Part shown: positions 26,501 to 37,726 of the stretch, in pieces
Position numbering within the stretch: position 1 is the stretch's first letter
Layout: the number at the start of each line of letters is the position of its first letter
Assembly (NCBI GenBank): GCA_964187785.1
Contig: OZ076409.1
Location: 22,508,001-22,572,000 of the forward strand
DNA length: 64,000 bases
Reading direction: 5' to 3'
Source of the DNA: Amphiscolops sp. MND2022
Taxonomy: Eukaryota
The notes under the pieces: model-generated
Told to the model about the DNA's origin: nothing
What the model saw: the letters and a program-made list of their open reading frames with translations, nothing else
Database searches by the model: none
Position numbers and translations under genes: made by a program

Positions 26501-27485
26501 ACCTCACCTTGCAAGTCTGCTATTTCCATTTCCTTTTGTTTTGTTTCTCTTCCCAGTTTCTCCAGGCGGGATTGCAGTTCTTCTTGCTCTTTCAGAGCTT
26601 TTAGCTCCAAGTGTAGAACTCGTCTTGCGCTTGATGTTTTTGAAATCACAGACGTCTTGTTGCTTTTGGTTTTGTCACTTCGCGAATGCATGCTCAATGC
26701 TTCAATTTGCAGTGATCTAGCTCTATTTCTTCGCTCTTGTCTATCATCCGCGTTATGACCATCATCGTGTCCTTTTTGCTCATTGTTTGATTGTGGTTCC
26801 TTTTGTGGCGAGGTACAATTTTTACTGGATTTGTCTGCTGCTGAGTTTACACGAGCGTCTGCCAGTCTTTGTTCAGCGTCTTCAAGACTTCGCAAAATGG
26901 CTCCCTCGTCTCCCGACTTCAGCAGAGTTTCAATTTTTGTTTTGATATCAGACCTTTTCTGGAGCAATTCTTGACATGAACATAATCTTCTTCGTTGGCG
27001 TCATTGCCATTTGCGATTGAATCTTCTCGCAACTTTTCGTTGCTAACCATTAGTCTATCAATAGCACGTTTCTTTTCGTCAAGGTCCAAGTAATTTATTA
27101 TCTGATTTCCATCTTGCAATGCTGACATCAGTGTTTTTACCCTTCCAACGCTAGAGCTTTGCTGCTGTAACTCAACCCATCGGCTCTGCATTGCTCTGTT
27201 CACTGCTGAGAACATTTCGGGAATCTGCGGTCGGTACTTGACTTTGATTGCATTTTCGACTGCCATAATGAGCCGATCTCTCCTGTTTATGGCATCTGTT
27301 CGTCTTAGCTGTAAATCTGCTATCTGCTTGTCGTCAACATTGCTAGTTAGGTTCTCATCAATTTCTTTAACAGTCTTACCGTGTTCAACAGCTGCATTCC
27401 AATAACTCAACGTTTGGGCTTTGTCAGCAGAGTTCTTCAGAAAGTTTTCGATTTTGTTGATATCGAACCGTTTTGGTTCTGCCAT
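23503..27485 (-). pseudogene. Element B gag-protease-RT, frameshifted and stopped
   Basis: BEL gag motif LPKLKLAEFSGDPLEWPEW; Cys/His cluster CALKDGKH..C..CFKCLSDAH..C..CGKPHHRLLH; protease ALCDSGAS; RT KVRRVCNAA, ADVEAMFLQV, FGAKSSP, FYMDD. No RNase H region follows the RT (deletion near 23500). Confidence 0.9.
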
Positions 27486-27527
27486 CTCTTCTCTTGTCGA
27501 TTGAACTCAGTTCCCAAAGTCACAGAA

Positions 27528-27743
27528 GCCCAAACTCCCAGAGACACAATAGCCCAATCTCCCAGAGACACCGTAGCCCAATCTCCCAGAGACACAAAAG
27601 CCCAATCTCCCGGAGACACAGTAGCCCAATCTCCCAGAGACACGGTAGCCCAATCTCCCAGAGACACAGTAGCCCAATCTCCCAGAGACACAGTAGCCCA
27701 ATCTCCCAGAGACACAGTAGCCCAAACTCCCAGAGACACAGTA
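27528..27743. repeat. 24-bp minisatellite, 9 copies, in the element B leader
   Basis: Unit GCCCAATCTCCCAGAGACACAGTA, lying between the PBS and the gag ATG (27485). Confidence 0.95.
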
Positions 27744-27843
27744 GAGACTCCAAGATCCAGACACTTGTTCTTCTTTGGAAATCTTCTCAGTTGTCCACCA
27801 ACGAGTCGTCTTCTTCTAGTCCGGGTCGTCCACCAACGAGTTG

Positions 27844-27860
27844 TCCGGGTCGGCGGACCA
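27844..27860 (-). promoter_or_regulatory. Element B primer-binding site, tRNA-Tyr-like
   Basis: Minus strand TGGTCCGCCGACCCGGA resembles the tRNA-Tyr PBS TGGTCCTTCGAGCCGGA common in BEL elements. Confidence 0.7.
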
Positions 27861-27862
27861 AA

Positions 27863-28782
27863 TGTAACGGCTGCTTGCCCTTATCCTGCGCTGAGGCTTG
27901 ACAAGCTTTACGCCGCCCTGATCCGTTGCTTAGTACTGTGGACCGTTACTAAACAATTCCTGGTTTTTCGTGTTTTAAAGGACTGTATCTTTTGGCTTGA
28001 TGGGTCCGATGTGACCCGTGGAATCTCCTGCGATTCCGCTTTGCACTGAATTGGATCCGATGTGATCCTGCACACACTTCCCTCACTGTATCTTCACGCG
28101 CTCCGGCTCTCCAACTATGAGAGTAGCTACTTAGTCGCTCTGACTCTAGCGAAAAGTTGTGAAGATTGAGAAGTTGATTAATTAGTCTCGCGGTTCTGAG
28201 ACCCAACTTGACTATAGCTATACAGTGGAGAAAATCTCTATCTAATAATGGTATAAATGTGGTTTACAATTCTACAGTAACTATAAGCAAATATCAGTTG
28301 AAATATGTTGTATAAATAAATGACATTTAAGTGAATTATTGAAGTTATTGGCTATATAAACAAAGCACATGGTGGTTTTGGCATGTTGGTCAGGTGGGTT
28401 AGAAAGTATGTTTACACTATGTAAATATCATTAATTTCAACAGAGTTACATTCTAATGTGGTCATAGGGGTAAATAGCAATGTTTATTATTTCGGTTCAA
28501 TGACCTTGAATACCACACATGTGAGGTGTAAAATAGGTTATAATGGGTGAATGACCTTGAAACTTAGCTGGTGTGTTTGGGTTATTTACCTGCATATGTG
28601 TGCCAAGTTTCGTGGCTCTAGGGTTAATAGTCTTGGAGAAAAACAATTTGGGGGGGGTTCCACTTTTGTCACACTTGATATTTCTTCAAAATTTCTTCTA
28701 AGTTTTCAAGAGTTTAGGTCTTGTTTCTCAACCAGCATGTTCTGAATTGAGTTTCTTTGCCTGCTGATGACTGGCGCCAACA
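27863..28782 (-). repeat. Element B 5' LTR
   Basis: Direct repeat of 21060-21982, followed on the minus strand by the PBS. Confidence 0.95.
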
Positions 28783-28787
28783 ATACC

Positions 28788-29862
28788 TTAATGTATGTTG
28801 ATCCTATTACAAGACAAACTTATGATTATGCTACACCAATAACATGTGATAATATTCCACGTAACATTATTGAACTAGATCCTGATTCAGACGACCATGA
28901 CTTTTACATTCTTGGACCTGAACCTATTAAACGCAAACCTCCACTAATGTTTACACCTTCACAAATCAAAACTACAATACGCCCTAATACTTTTACAGCC
29001 CAAGATGCTTGTATATATTCAAATGCAGAACTTGATCAATTTTGGAACCGTATTTTATTTTCTAAACATTCTGACTCTACACTCCAATTACTACGCAAAG
29101 CTCTTAGTTATTCCTTCATTTCATCTAATACTCCAAATTACGATGCAGATTCCCCTCAAGACTCTGGTAATCCTTGCAATACATTACGTATAGGACTCCA
29201 TGATAAACTCTTGAATTTAACTCCTCTTTTTACACCTACATGGTTTTCAGATGCTTTTATTGCACTTTTTTGATACCCTTGTTACATTCTCAAACAATGT
29301 GGTATATACATTTCTACATTTCTTTTCGTACAAGCTACTCTTACACTCATTGTCAAACTTTACAAAACAATATCTATTAAATATAATCTCAAAAATAATA
29401 TTACTTTATTTAGTTTTATAGCACATGGTTTTTTTTAATGTTCTTACAGCGCGAATGGTCAGTGACCTCCATGAGACTCAAAACAAAAAACCCAAAAGTA
29501 CACTTTTAAAATCCAAATCTTTAGATAATTTTATTGACACTTCTCCAAATCTAATTAATCATTCTACAGATGTTACTTCCCCTCCACCTTTCTATACTAA
29601 ACGTCCTATCAAAATTCAATTTCCTAAATTTAACTTGTGTCCGAAACGACACCACAATTCTCACCATAAAACAGCTCCACTTCCTTTCTCTCCTGTTCAT
29701 CATCCTCCACTTCCTAATTATACTCATAAAAACTTTCACCCGAATGACAATCTAACTGCTCAACATGACACTTTAATTAACAATCCTGTCACTTCTACTA
29801 CGGATACACCAATTAAAATCTATTCGCGGATAAACTATCCTTTCCCTCCTCCATCTTCTTGA
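28788..29862 (+). pseudogene. env: Element A env, 3' part (ectodomain end, transmembrane region, cytoplasmic tail)
   Basis: Removing element B and one TSD copy gives in-frame IHFKDT|LMYVDPITRQTYDYATPITC, then IYSNAELDQFWNRILF and hydrophobic segments. Premature TGA at 29271 and a T-run frameshift near 29430. Confidence 0.8.
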
Positions 29863-30127
29863 ACACTCTCTCAGTTTTTCTGTAACTCTCTTTCAGTACA
29901 ATTGCCTACTATCTCTTCACAATTGCTACTCCTCCACCGCTCGAAACTCTTGCAGAAGTTCATCTTCCTCAGCCCAACAATACTTCTCTTATAATAACCG
30001 TCTTCAAAAACTCTTCAACTAAAGTTAATAAATCCACTCGTTAGTGTAATTTATAGTATTTTCACTTTAAAGTGCCAAGGCCTCTTGGAATAGATAACAC
30101 TGTGCTTGTTGATGTTTTTAAAAAACA

Positions 30128-31454
30128 ATGACACAAGCACAAATTGACCTACAAACACAGCTTGAACAAGCAACCCCAACAGATCTTATAACTAGACCTC
30201 TTTCAAATGATTCTCCTGTTCTCTATATTGAGACTTCAGAACAAACACCTCCCATTTTTCTTGAACCAATGGAACACACAAAAGTTGAAAACGAAAATTC
30301 AAAACCTACTCCTCCACAAGATGACACTGATCATACACAATCGACACCACCTCCTCCAAAAAACGATATGAAATTATGAAAGATCCAATCTTTCTTTCAT
30401 CACCAATATATCCTCCTTCAATGCCTTCAAAAATTTCACTTTGCACGAATCGCGATGATCATTTGATCTCAATTCTTTCTACTAACGATTTCGTCTTCAA
30501 AGCACAGCTAACTTCTCTATATATGCATCCTACTGACTATTCATTTCGATTATATGACAAAAATCAAGACTTCTTCACATCCATTGCTTCCAAAATAATG
30601 GGTCCATACCAATATTGGCTCGATAATGGAGTTAAAATTTTCTCTCTCCAATTCAATTTTCTTCGACCGTCTATCTACGATCTCAAAACAGATGAGTCTG
30701 GTCCATCTTTTCTATCTATAGCACAAAAAGCTACTCATCATCAAACATATACTAAATTCCTGCAATACACGAAACCACAAAATCACATTTTTGTCAATTA
30801 CAGATATACGTCACCGTTCACAATGACAAATATGTACACTCTGGACCACTCCTGTATAACAGGCTACCTTCGAAACTATGACCCTATAAAACAATACTTC
30901 TGTTTGCTTCCATACAACAATACTTCACGCCCACTTATTGTACCTCAAGAATATCTCATACATTACGATGATTTTTTGTTGCCTTGCAACATTCCTACTC
31001 AAATTGCCAAACCTCTCACTGTTATTAAACACCTGTATCTTCTCCACTTGACGATAAAGATAGAACGTACTATACAGCACTCTACAAGCAAACGTATTCC
31101 TACAACGAACTTCTCTTTATCTCTGCCAAAACTATCTCTTTCATGGTACAAGCTGAACAAAAAACTGAACATAAATCACACGCTTCACCTATAAAAAACG
31201 CTCCTGACAAACTTTCCTCTGTATTAAACAACCGAACACTTCGCGACATAACAAAGTTACTCGAACCCTATAAACGAAACTCCTCTGAAACACCTATCAC
31301 AACACTCACACATATACTACACTGCTACGACAGAACACACAAACTCCTTCAGACACTCGATTTAGACTCTCAACGCATCACTCAATCATCCCAAGCAATC
31401 CAATCTGCTTTGGAAACTATAACTACTCTTTTTAACTCAACTAATCTTCATTAA
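30128..31454 (+). CDS. Accessory ORF(s) downstream of env in element A, probably one frameshifted gene
   Basis: Overlapping ORFs 30128-30379, 30376-31194 and 31143-31454 inside the LTR bounds; no recognised domain. Confidence 0.5.
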
Positions 31455-31873
31455 ACTCTTCTACAGGTAATATAAAGTTCTTAATTTTTCTTCTCTGGTA
31501 CACTCTATGATACATCTGTGGCACATTATAAAAGTTATTTTCATTTTTATCTTTTTATATTAAAAAAAATCCTTGCTTTTGAATGAAATCTCAGGACTAT
31601 TTTTAAAGTACACTAATTTTTCCTACAGTACATGTCAAAAAGGCTAACTATTTATATCAAAAAACTAAAATACAAGACATACAAGACAATATAACACAAC
31701 ACTACATATGATACATTATAGCACCCAATTTTGTTGTACATCTTTGCCTTGATATTGTCATTCTTCTTACACTTCCTTTGTTTTAGAGACATCCATTCTT
31801 CTTCCTCCTCCTTCCATCCTCTTTCAGAACATCTCCACTTCTCCTTTTTCATCTTCTACAGGACTCTCTCGCC

Positions 31874-32326
31874 ATGGCCCCCAACGCTGAAATAGAAGAT
31901 ATAATAACAATGACTTCCAGTCACTCAAAAGTTCATAGCTTAAAAGCAGCTATTTTTCACACAATGGCCTACAAACAATCACTGGAGATCAACAACAATA
32001 AAATAACGCCAAAATCTCTTATAGCCTTTCTGAAAGTCTTAAATAATGTCGCCCAAATCAAAAAGAATTACATCACATTTGAACAATATTCAAGGTTTCA
32101 TGTTGCCGCACCAAAAATTGCCATTTGTGAAACGGCTTCTAACGTCGTTTTTGTGTTAAACTCGGCATTCACGTCTAAAGACCAATATTTTCAAGCTGCC
32201 CTACACGAAGCCACAAACGCATTTAATGAGATGCTCCATAGTTTTGGATATACCCAGAAACTAGAACACTATGACCCTCATCAACATCAGGCACACCCAC
32301 CTCAACAACATCCTCTCTACAATTAA
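31874..32326 (+). CDS. 150-aa accessory ORF of element A
   Basis: Intact ATG-TAA ORF in a good start context (gccATGG), ~12 nt after a long pyrimidine tract ending in ttctacag (acceptor-like). Confidence 0.55.
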   Translation: MAPNAEIEDIITMTSSHSKVHSLKAAIFHTMAYKQSLEINNNKITPKSLIAFLKVLNNVAQIKKNYITFEQYSRFHVAAPKIAICETASNVVFVLNSAFTSKDQYFQAALHEATNAFNEMLHSFGYTQKLEHYDPHQHQAHPPQQHPLYN

Positions 32327-33727
32327 AACAATATTCTACTTACTTTTATCACTCTTCAACTCCATCTCTTCTTGAATCCATCATTCTTCTTCAGTGATGT
32401 TTGAGATGTAGCTGTCGATCACTCCTTCAAAAAACTCCTACACATGCTGAAACTCTTCACTTCACCCATCCACGATGGTCAACAACATCCATCTCCATTT
32501 TGGGTTCATCGACGTTCCCAAACTTTGTTCTCGTCACTGGTCTTCACACTTCCAATGATGACTTCTTGACTGGTCTTCACACCTCAAATGCTGACTTCTT
32601 GACTGGTCTTCAACCTCTAATGGACTATACTCCACTCCAAATTTCAAACATTATAATCAAAACTTGACTCAATTTTCAAACTGAACTGTATAATCAATTT
32701 TAACCAATATAACTTGTACCTTAATTTAATCAAATTATAACTTTAATATAGTATAGTGCTATATACCCTTATCTAATCTTTAGTGCTATATACTCTTATC
32801 TAATCTTAATCTTCTGTAATCGCATTATAATTACCCCATTATTGTAAAATTCCTTCAAAATTCTACCGATAATTATCTTTGTAACCACAATATTGTCTGC
32901 TCCTATTGTCTTGTGTATAGTACATTGACTTAATCTTATCTAATTATGTTGTTACATCTATAATACACTTCAAAAATATATCTCCAATACCCACCTTTTA
33001 CAGAACACAAGTCCTACTTACAGTACAAGAAATTTTCTAAGATTTTTGGACAAAAATTTTTCTTTTACAAAACATGTTCTACACTTTTGTTTTAATCCCC
33101 CAAAGCATTCCCAAAAATTTTCCAAATTTTTCTTTAGAACTCTTAAAAAATGTCACTTCTAGTTTTCCATTGTTTGAAACTTGAAATAGCCAATGTTTTT
33201 TTCAACTTTTGCTTCTGCTCTACTCTTCACTTTTGTTGAAAATGAACTCTCACTACAACCTTGACTTTTCGCAACTTCTTCACATTTGGTTCACATACCC
33301 GCCAATGTTGGTTCACAACTCATTGACAACTTCACGCTTTAGTTCTTCAACTTGAAAAGTTTTCAATGTTGACTAACTCATGTTGATGAAAGAATTTTTT
33401 TCAAACAAGCCGATGGCTGATACGAAAAAAGAAACATGAAATGATAAATAGTTGTCAACAAAAACTTCAAAGAACTTGTCAGTCAAAGAAACTGAAAGAA
33501 CTTGAACCTTGCTTGAACCTTTTTGCACCAATTGAATCGTCTATGACGTAAGAAGTCAAATCGTCTTAGGTTGTTCTCACTCCTTAAGTATGGTACACTA
33601 CAAAACGAAACTCATGCAACTCTAGTACAACACATATGAAACAAACCCATGCATATAACAAAAACTTCTAGAACTCCTCGAACCCAAAGTGCATATATGT
33701 AATTTTATTTTTAAATTCCCGGTTGAT

Positions 33728-34128
33728 TGTGATGCCATGATGCATGTCCTCAAAGATTCTATAAATTTGAAATACTCTGAACTCTTAACCAAAGCAATTA
33801 GTAAATGTAATCTGATTTAGAAGCTAAGAAACTTCATTTAATATATCCTGTACCAAGCTCCCCTGATTCATCCTGTTGCTGTCACATTGTGAATTGATGT
33901 AACCTACCCTAGTTAATAGAATATATCTACTCGGAGAAATTGAGAATTCATCTTAGCAATCGGTCTTCCTCCCATACTTCAAGAACTGAGATCTCAGAAA
34001 TAGATTGTACTCAGAACTAGCTAGCTACAAGATATAAGACAAGACGACTCTGCTGTTTAAATCTTAGACTTCTTATGTCAGTAATAAAACATCTACAAGA
34101 AACCACCACACAACTTTTTAACAGCTCA
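33728..34128 (+). repeat. Element A 3' LTR
   Basis: Direct repeat of 8483-8883, followed by TSD CAAG. Confidence 0.95.
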
Positions 34129-34562
34129 CAAGGCACTTGATTTTTTGAAATCGAAAACTAAGATTATTCAAGAAATTGAAATTGATATGCTGAAAATTCA
34201 ATCGTCGATAGTAATCACAATTTTATCGATCGTCAGGAATGGCTGGGCTTTATGATTAGTTGCTTCCGAAGGGTTGCTTCCGAAGTTGCTTGTCAAGGTT
34301 AATGCAGCCTTCCGTCGTGGTCTATGGCACTTATAGATGACACTGCCGTAGCTGGTTGTAGTAATTGTCAATTTAGCAACTACTTAAGGGCAATGCCTTG
34401 ATGTTCTTCTTTCTGAGGAAATTTTGAGAACAAGTTGTAATTAAATCATTGTGGAAAGAAGTCAAATCTAGCGTTGTTGTGGGTTAGAAATTTCTCCTCT
34501 AGAGAAATTTCACACTTCAATTTACTGTGAAGTGATGATCTTTGTTTTTTTGGTATTTGCAA

Positions 34563-34753
34563 TCACATCTTCACTTTGTGATGGTATACATCAATGGGGG
34601 TGACATGATGTTCCACATGGCATAAAATCAGTGATTCTCGTACTGAAAATTTTGCATGAACACAACGTCATCTACCGAGACTCCAAGTTGGACAATGTCA
34701 TGATCGACTCGGAGGGACATGTCGGACTCACTCCTGATTAAATGGCTTCTGAG
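34563..34753 (+). pseudogene. AGC/PKC-like protein kinase pseudo-exon (subdomains V-VIII)
   Basis: [46 protein letters not shown]|gt, compared with PKC FVMEYVNGGDLMFH..IYRDLKLDNVMLDSEGH..TPDYMAPE. Internal stops and deletions (DFG segment missing). Confidence 0.8.
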
Positions 34754-35690
34754 GTTCGCATCACAAAACATTGTCAGTGTTCCGAGGCTACATTATAACT
34801 GCTGATCATTTTAATGATCTACGTTATTTTTAGCTGAGTCAACCGGTAAATTTTTCTATTGTTTCTTCAACATGAAGAATTTTTCACGGGTTTGCAAGTA
34901 TAGAAGGCAAGAGATTTGCTTCAAGTATGCTTAAACAGTTCGAGTTTTTGCTGCCAAAGCATTATCTTATTAGGAAACGTTTATCGAATTTTTTAAAGCA
35001 CCCCAAATTGCTTTCAACTGTCGGACATTTTAAGTTGGCTGATTCGTTTTGAGTGAAGGGCCAGATTTATATTATAGGCTGTTAGAAGCTTGTCTTTCGC
35101 CTTCAAAAAGAGGCGCGTTTTTTGTACGTGCCCAATGTATTTTCAACTTGTCTGGAATTAAACTTTGTCGTATGTAAGTTTGCAGGAACAACCCTTGTCA
35201 TGCCAGCATGATGGAATTATAATCTACTAAATATCTGTAATGTAAATACTATGTCTTATGTACTTAGATATGGGCAATATGAAGTCATATAATACGAGCC
35301 ATGGTTGTGCACAACTCTACGTTACTTGTACTTAATCCCATTTCCCCCTCTTGAGTTTGAGCTACCTATTTAACTAATATTGAGCACTCTAGTTCCGGTG
35401 TCCGCAATTATGATCATGCTTACAGCTAAAAGTGCTACACTCAAAAAAGTGGGTTGTCACGACAAAGTGAGAATAGTTTTTCCGGCCATACTGGCCCGAC
35501 GGACAGAAAAGTGATGAAATTCTAAGTTACTTCGTAAGCTCCCGCCTCAGGGCGACCGTCGTGACAGATCCTCATCTCGTAATCATCGATAATAATTTAT
35601 GCGACCCGTAAACAGGAAAGTTCAACCTTTTCTCATCCACTAGACTAGTTACTGAAAAATCACGCATAAATTGGTGCCTTTAATGAAAGT

Positions 35691-35994
35691 TCATCGCAAA
35701 TCCATCAGCGGATTTTGTTGGTGACATCAGTTACCATTTTACTATAATTCATCGCAAATCCATCAGCGGATTTGCTAGCAGCATCACTCAACGAATTTCT
35801 ACAAGCTCATCGCGAATCCATCAGCGGGTTTGCAAACAATTTTTATATGGGACTTAGCTATCTATTTACATCGTGAATCCATCAGCGGATTTCTCGGGAT
35901 TTGAAATTTGTTAGAACTCATCTTGAAACCATCGCTGGTTTCTGATATAATGCTTTTTACACGAAACACATCGCAAGCTCATCAGCAAACTTGC
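35691..35994 (+). repeat. Array of six hairpin repeats with dissimilar spacers
   Basis: TCATCGCAAATCCATCAGCGGATTTG-like units at 35691, 35749, 35807, 35868, 35918 and 35968. Confidence 0.85.
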
Positions 35995-35998
35995 TTGA

Positions 35999-37726
35999 TG
36001 TCGCAGGCTGCCGCCTGTGACGGCACAAGTATTACAACAACAGCTGTAGGCCAGGATGTGGCCCCAGGAACTCTCCCTATCTATTAAAGTAAACTAAAAC
36101 TTTCTCTTAAACTTTTACGTTGCTCATGTATTTTGTTGCCATATTATTTTAGAAAATAGCCAAAAAGGGCCGTACTGGGACGTATTCCCTTATTACCAAA
36201 ACTTAGAATTATTGCACTTGTTGATTATTTATGGTCAACCTTAGTCTTGAATGTTAATTGTGTATTAGTCTGTTAACATAGATTGTGTTGTGTTGTTGTA
36301 TTATCAATGCAATGTAGTAATAATCAAAGATTATAGCAAGCAACTTAGAGAAAGTACGGAAACGAGTTCAAATGGACTCCTGTACTTTCTTGCCAACGCC
36401 ACTTGCGCTCACCCAATTAGCCAATCAGAGGCCTTCATTTTCGTGTGCTTTATTCTCTTTTGCCAATTACGGCCTTTGTACAAACCGGACGAAAGTGCTA
36501 TTAATGCCGTTCAGGCAGTCGGCCTAATCCGGCTATTCAGTCCGCCATAAACAAAGCACTTGTGATTGATGCTAATTTCATGTAATGATATTTAGTTAAT
36601 AGTTAGCTTTGTTAATCATGAAGTACCAATCTGAAGTGTTAATTGATGTTTTGTTGTACCATTAACAAATAGTTATCCAATTTGTTCTAAAATAGCTGTT
36701 GCATGAAATCTGATATTATTGCCTTATCAGACCTTTTGCCATTGTACCCATGAAAGGTATTTAGACTAAACATGTTTGTTATGCTGCCACGTGCTAAAGT
36801 ATGTGCACTTACATCAACAAATACCTGTTCAATGAAAATATTTTGCCAAATTTGTAAACGATGCTAACGGTTGAATGATTGTTCCTTTGATGTATAATAT
36901 TTGGAATGGATAGCGTTCATCCCGTGACCATCAAAAATGCAGTCATATGATATTGTCTTAGTCAAAGAATGTAAAGAATGAGAGTGTCACTCTTTCGGGG
37001 GTATAAATACCCGTGCCTTTAAGAGAGGAGACACTTCTTAATTTGCTCTCTTCTGAAAAAGACTATCATATTAGTACAAACGGTTTCACTGTTATTTTCG
37101 AGATATAATCTAATTCAATTTTATACTCGAAGTTTTCCTTATGCCTACTACAAGAAAACAAAAGAAGGCTAGAAAGTCCAGAGGACTAGAGATCCTTTCT
37201 GATATCGAAAATCTAGATATGATGTTAGGAGGCGATCGTTATAATGGAACTGAAAGCGAAAGGAGTTTAGACAGTAACTCCGTTAGAAGGAGAGAAAGTG
37301 TCATAGGTAATAACTTGGACAATGAGGGCGAAAGCCTATTTTCAAATTGCAGAAAAGATGAACCTAGGACAAGTGCCGATCTTGGCCAATATTCAGCTGA
37401 AGCAAACTCACTAGCTGAGATAAACAGGTTGTCTAGCGAATTGAACTCTAGGATATCCCGTGAGATGGATGAAATGATGAGTAATGTTGATACGCTGATC
37501 CAAAGGGCCATTAATGAGGCTATTAGCAGTCAAGTATTGCCTCAAATACAGAATGTCATAATGGCCGGATCAGGCCGGGAGACCAGAAGGGGATGGGAAG
37601 TCCCAGTTGAGAGATCGGAAGCAAATGCCGAGGAACAGCGAATTCCAAACGCTAAGGCCGACTGTAGAAATGAACAGAATGATGGATACCAATCCGGTGG
37701 ACCATCTGCCCGTCACGTTCATGACA
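35999..37726 (+). repeat. Element C 5' LTR
   Basis: Near-identical to 50286-52016; TATAAA at ~37002; contains the first ~195 gag codons. Confidence 0.95.

Larger units (their letters stand above)
21060..28782 (-). mobile_element. Element B: BEL/Pao LTR retrotransposon, internally deleted, nested in the env of A
   Basis: ~920-bp LTRs with TGT..ACA ends; 5-bp TSD ATACC (21055-21059, 28783-28787); BEL-type gag, protease, RT and integrase. Confidence 0.95.
8483..34128 (+). mobile_element. Element A: env-bearing Ty3/Gypsy LTR retrotransposon (~17.9 kb without nested element B)
   Basis: Paired 401-bp LTRs; 4-bp TSD CAAG (8479-8482, 34129-34132); PBS-like TGG; domain order gag-PR-RT-RH-IN-env. Confidence 0.95.

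Noticed and set aside
27381..28049. Five overlapping repetitive ORFs (AQSPRDTV, SLGDWATV, etc.)
   Set aside because: Artefacts of a 24-bp minisatellite that lacks stops in most frames.
35691..35994. True CRISPR array
   Set aside because: Eukaryotic LTR context, no cas genes, progressively degenerate repeats and irregular spacer lengths; kept only as a hairpin array.
36290..36550. 86-aa ORF duplicated at 50580-50840
   Set aside because: The duplication is just the LTR pair; non-ATG start and no recognisable motif.
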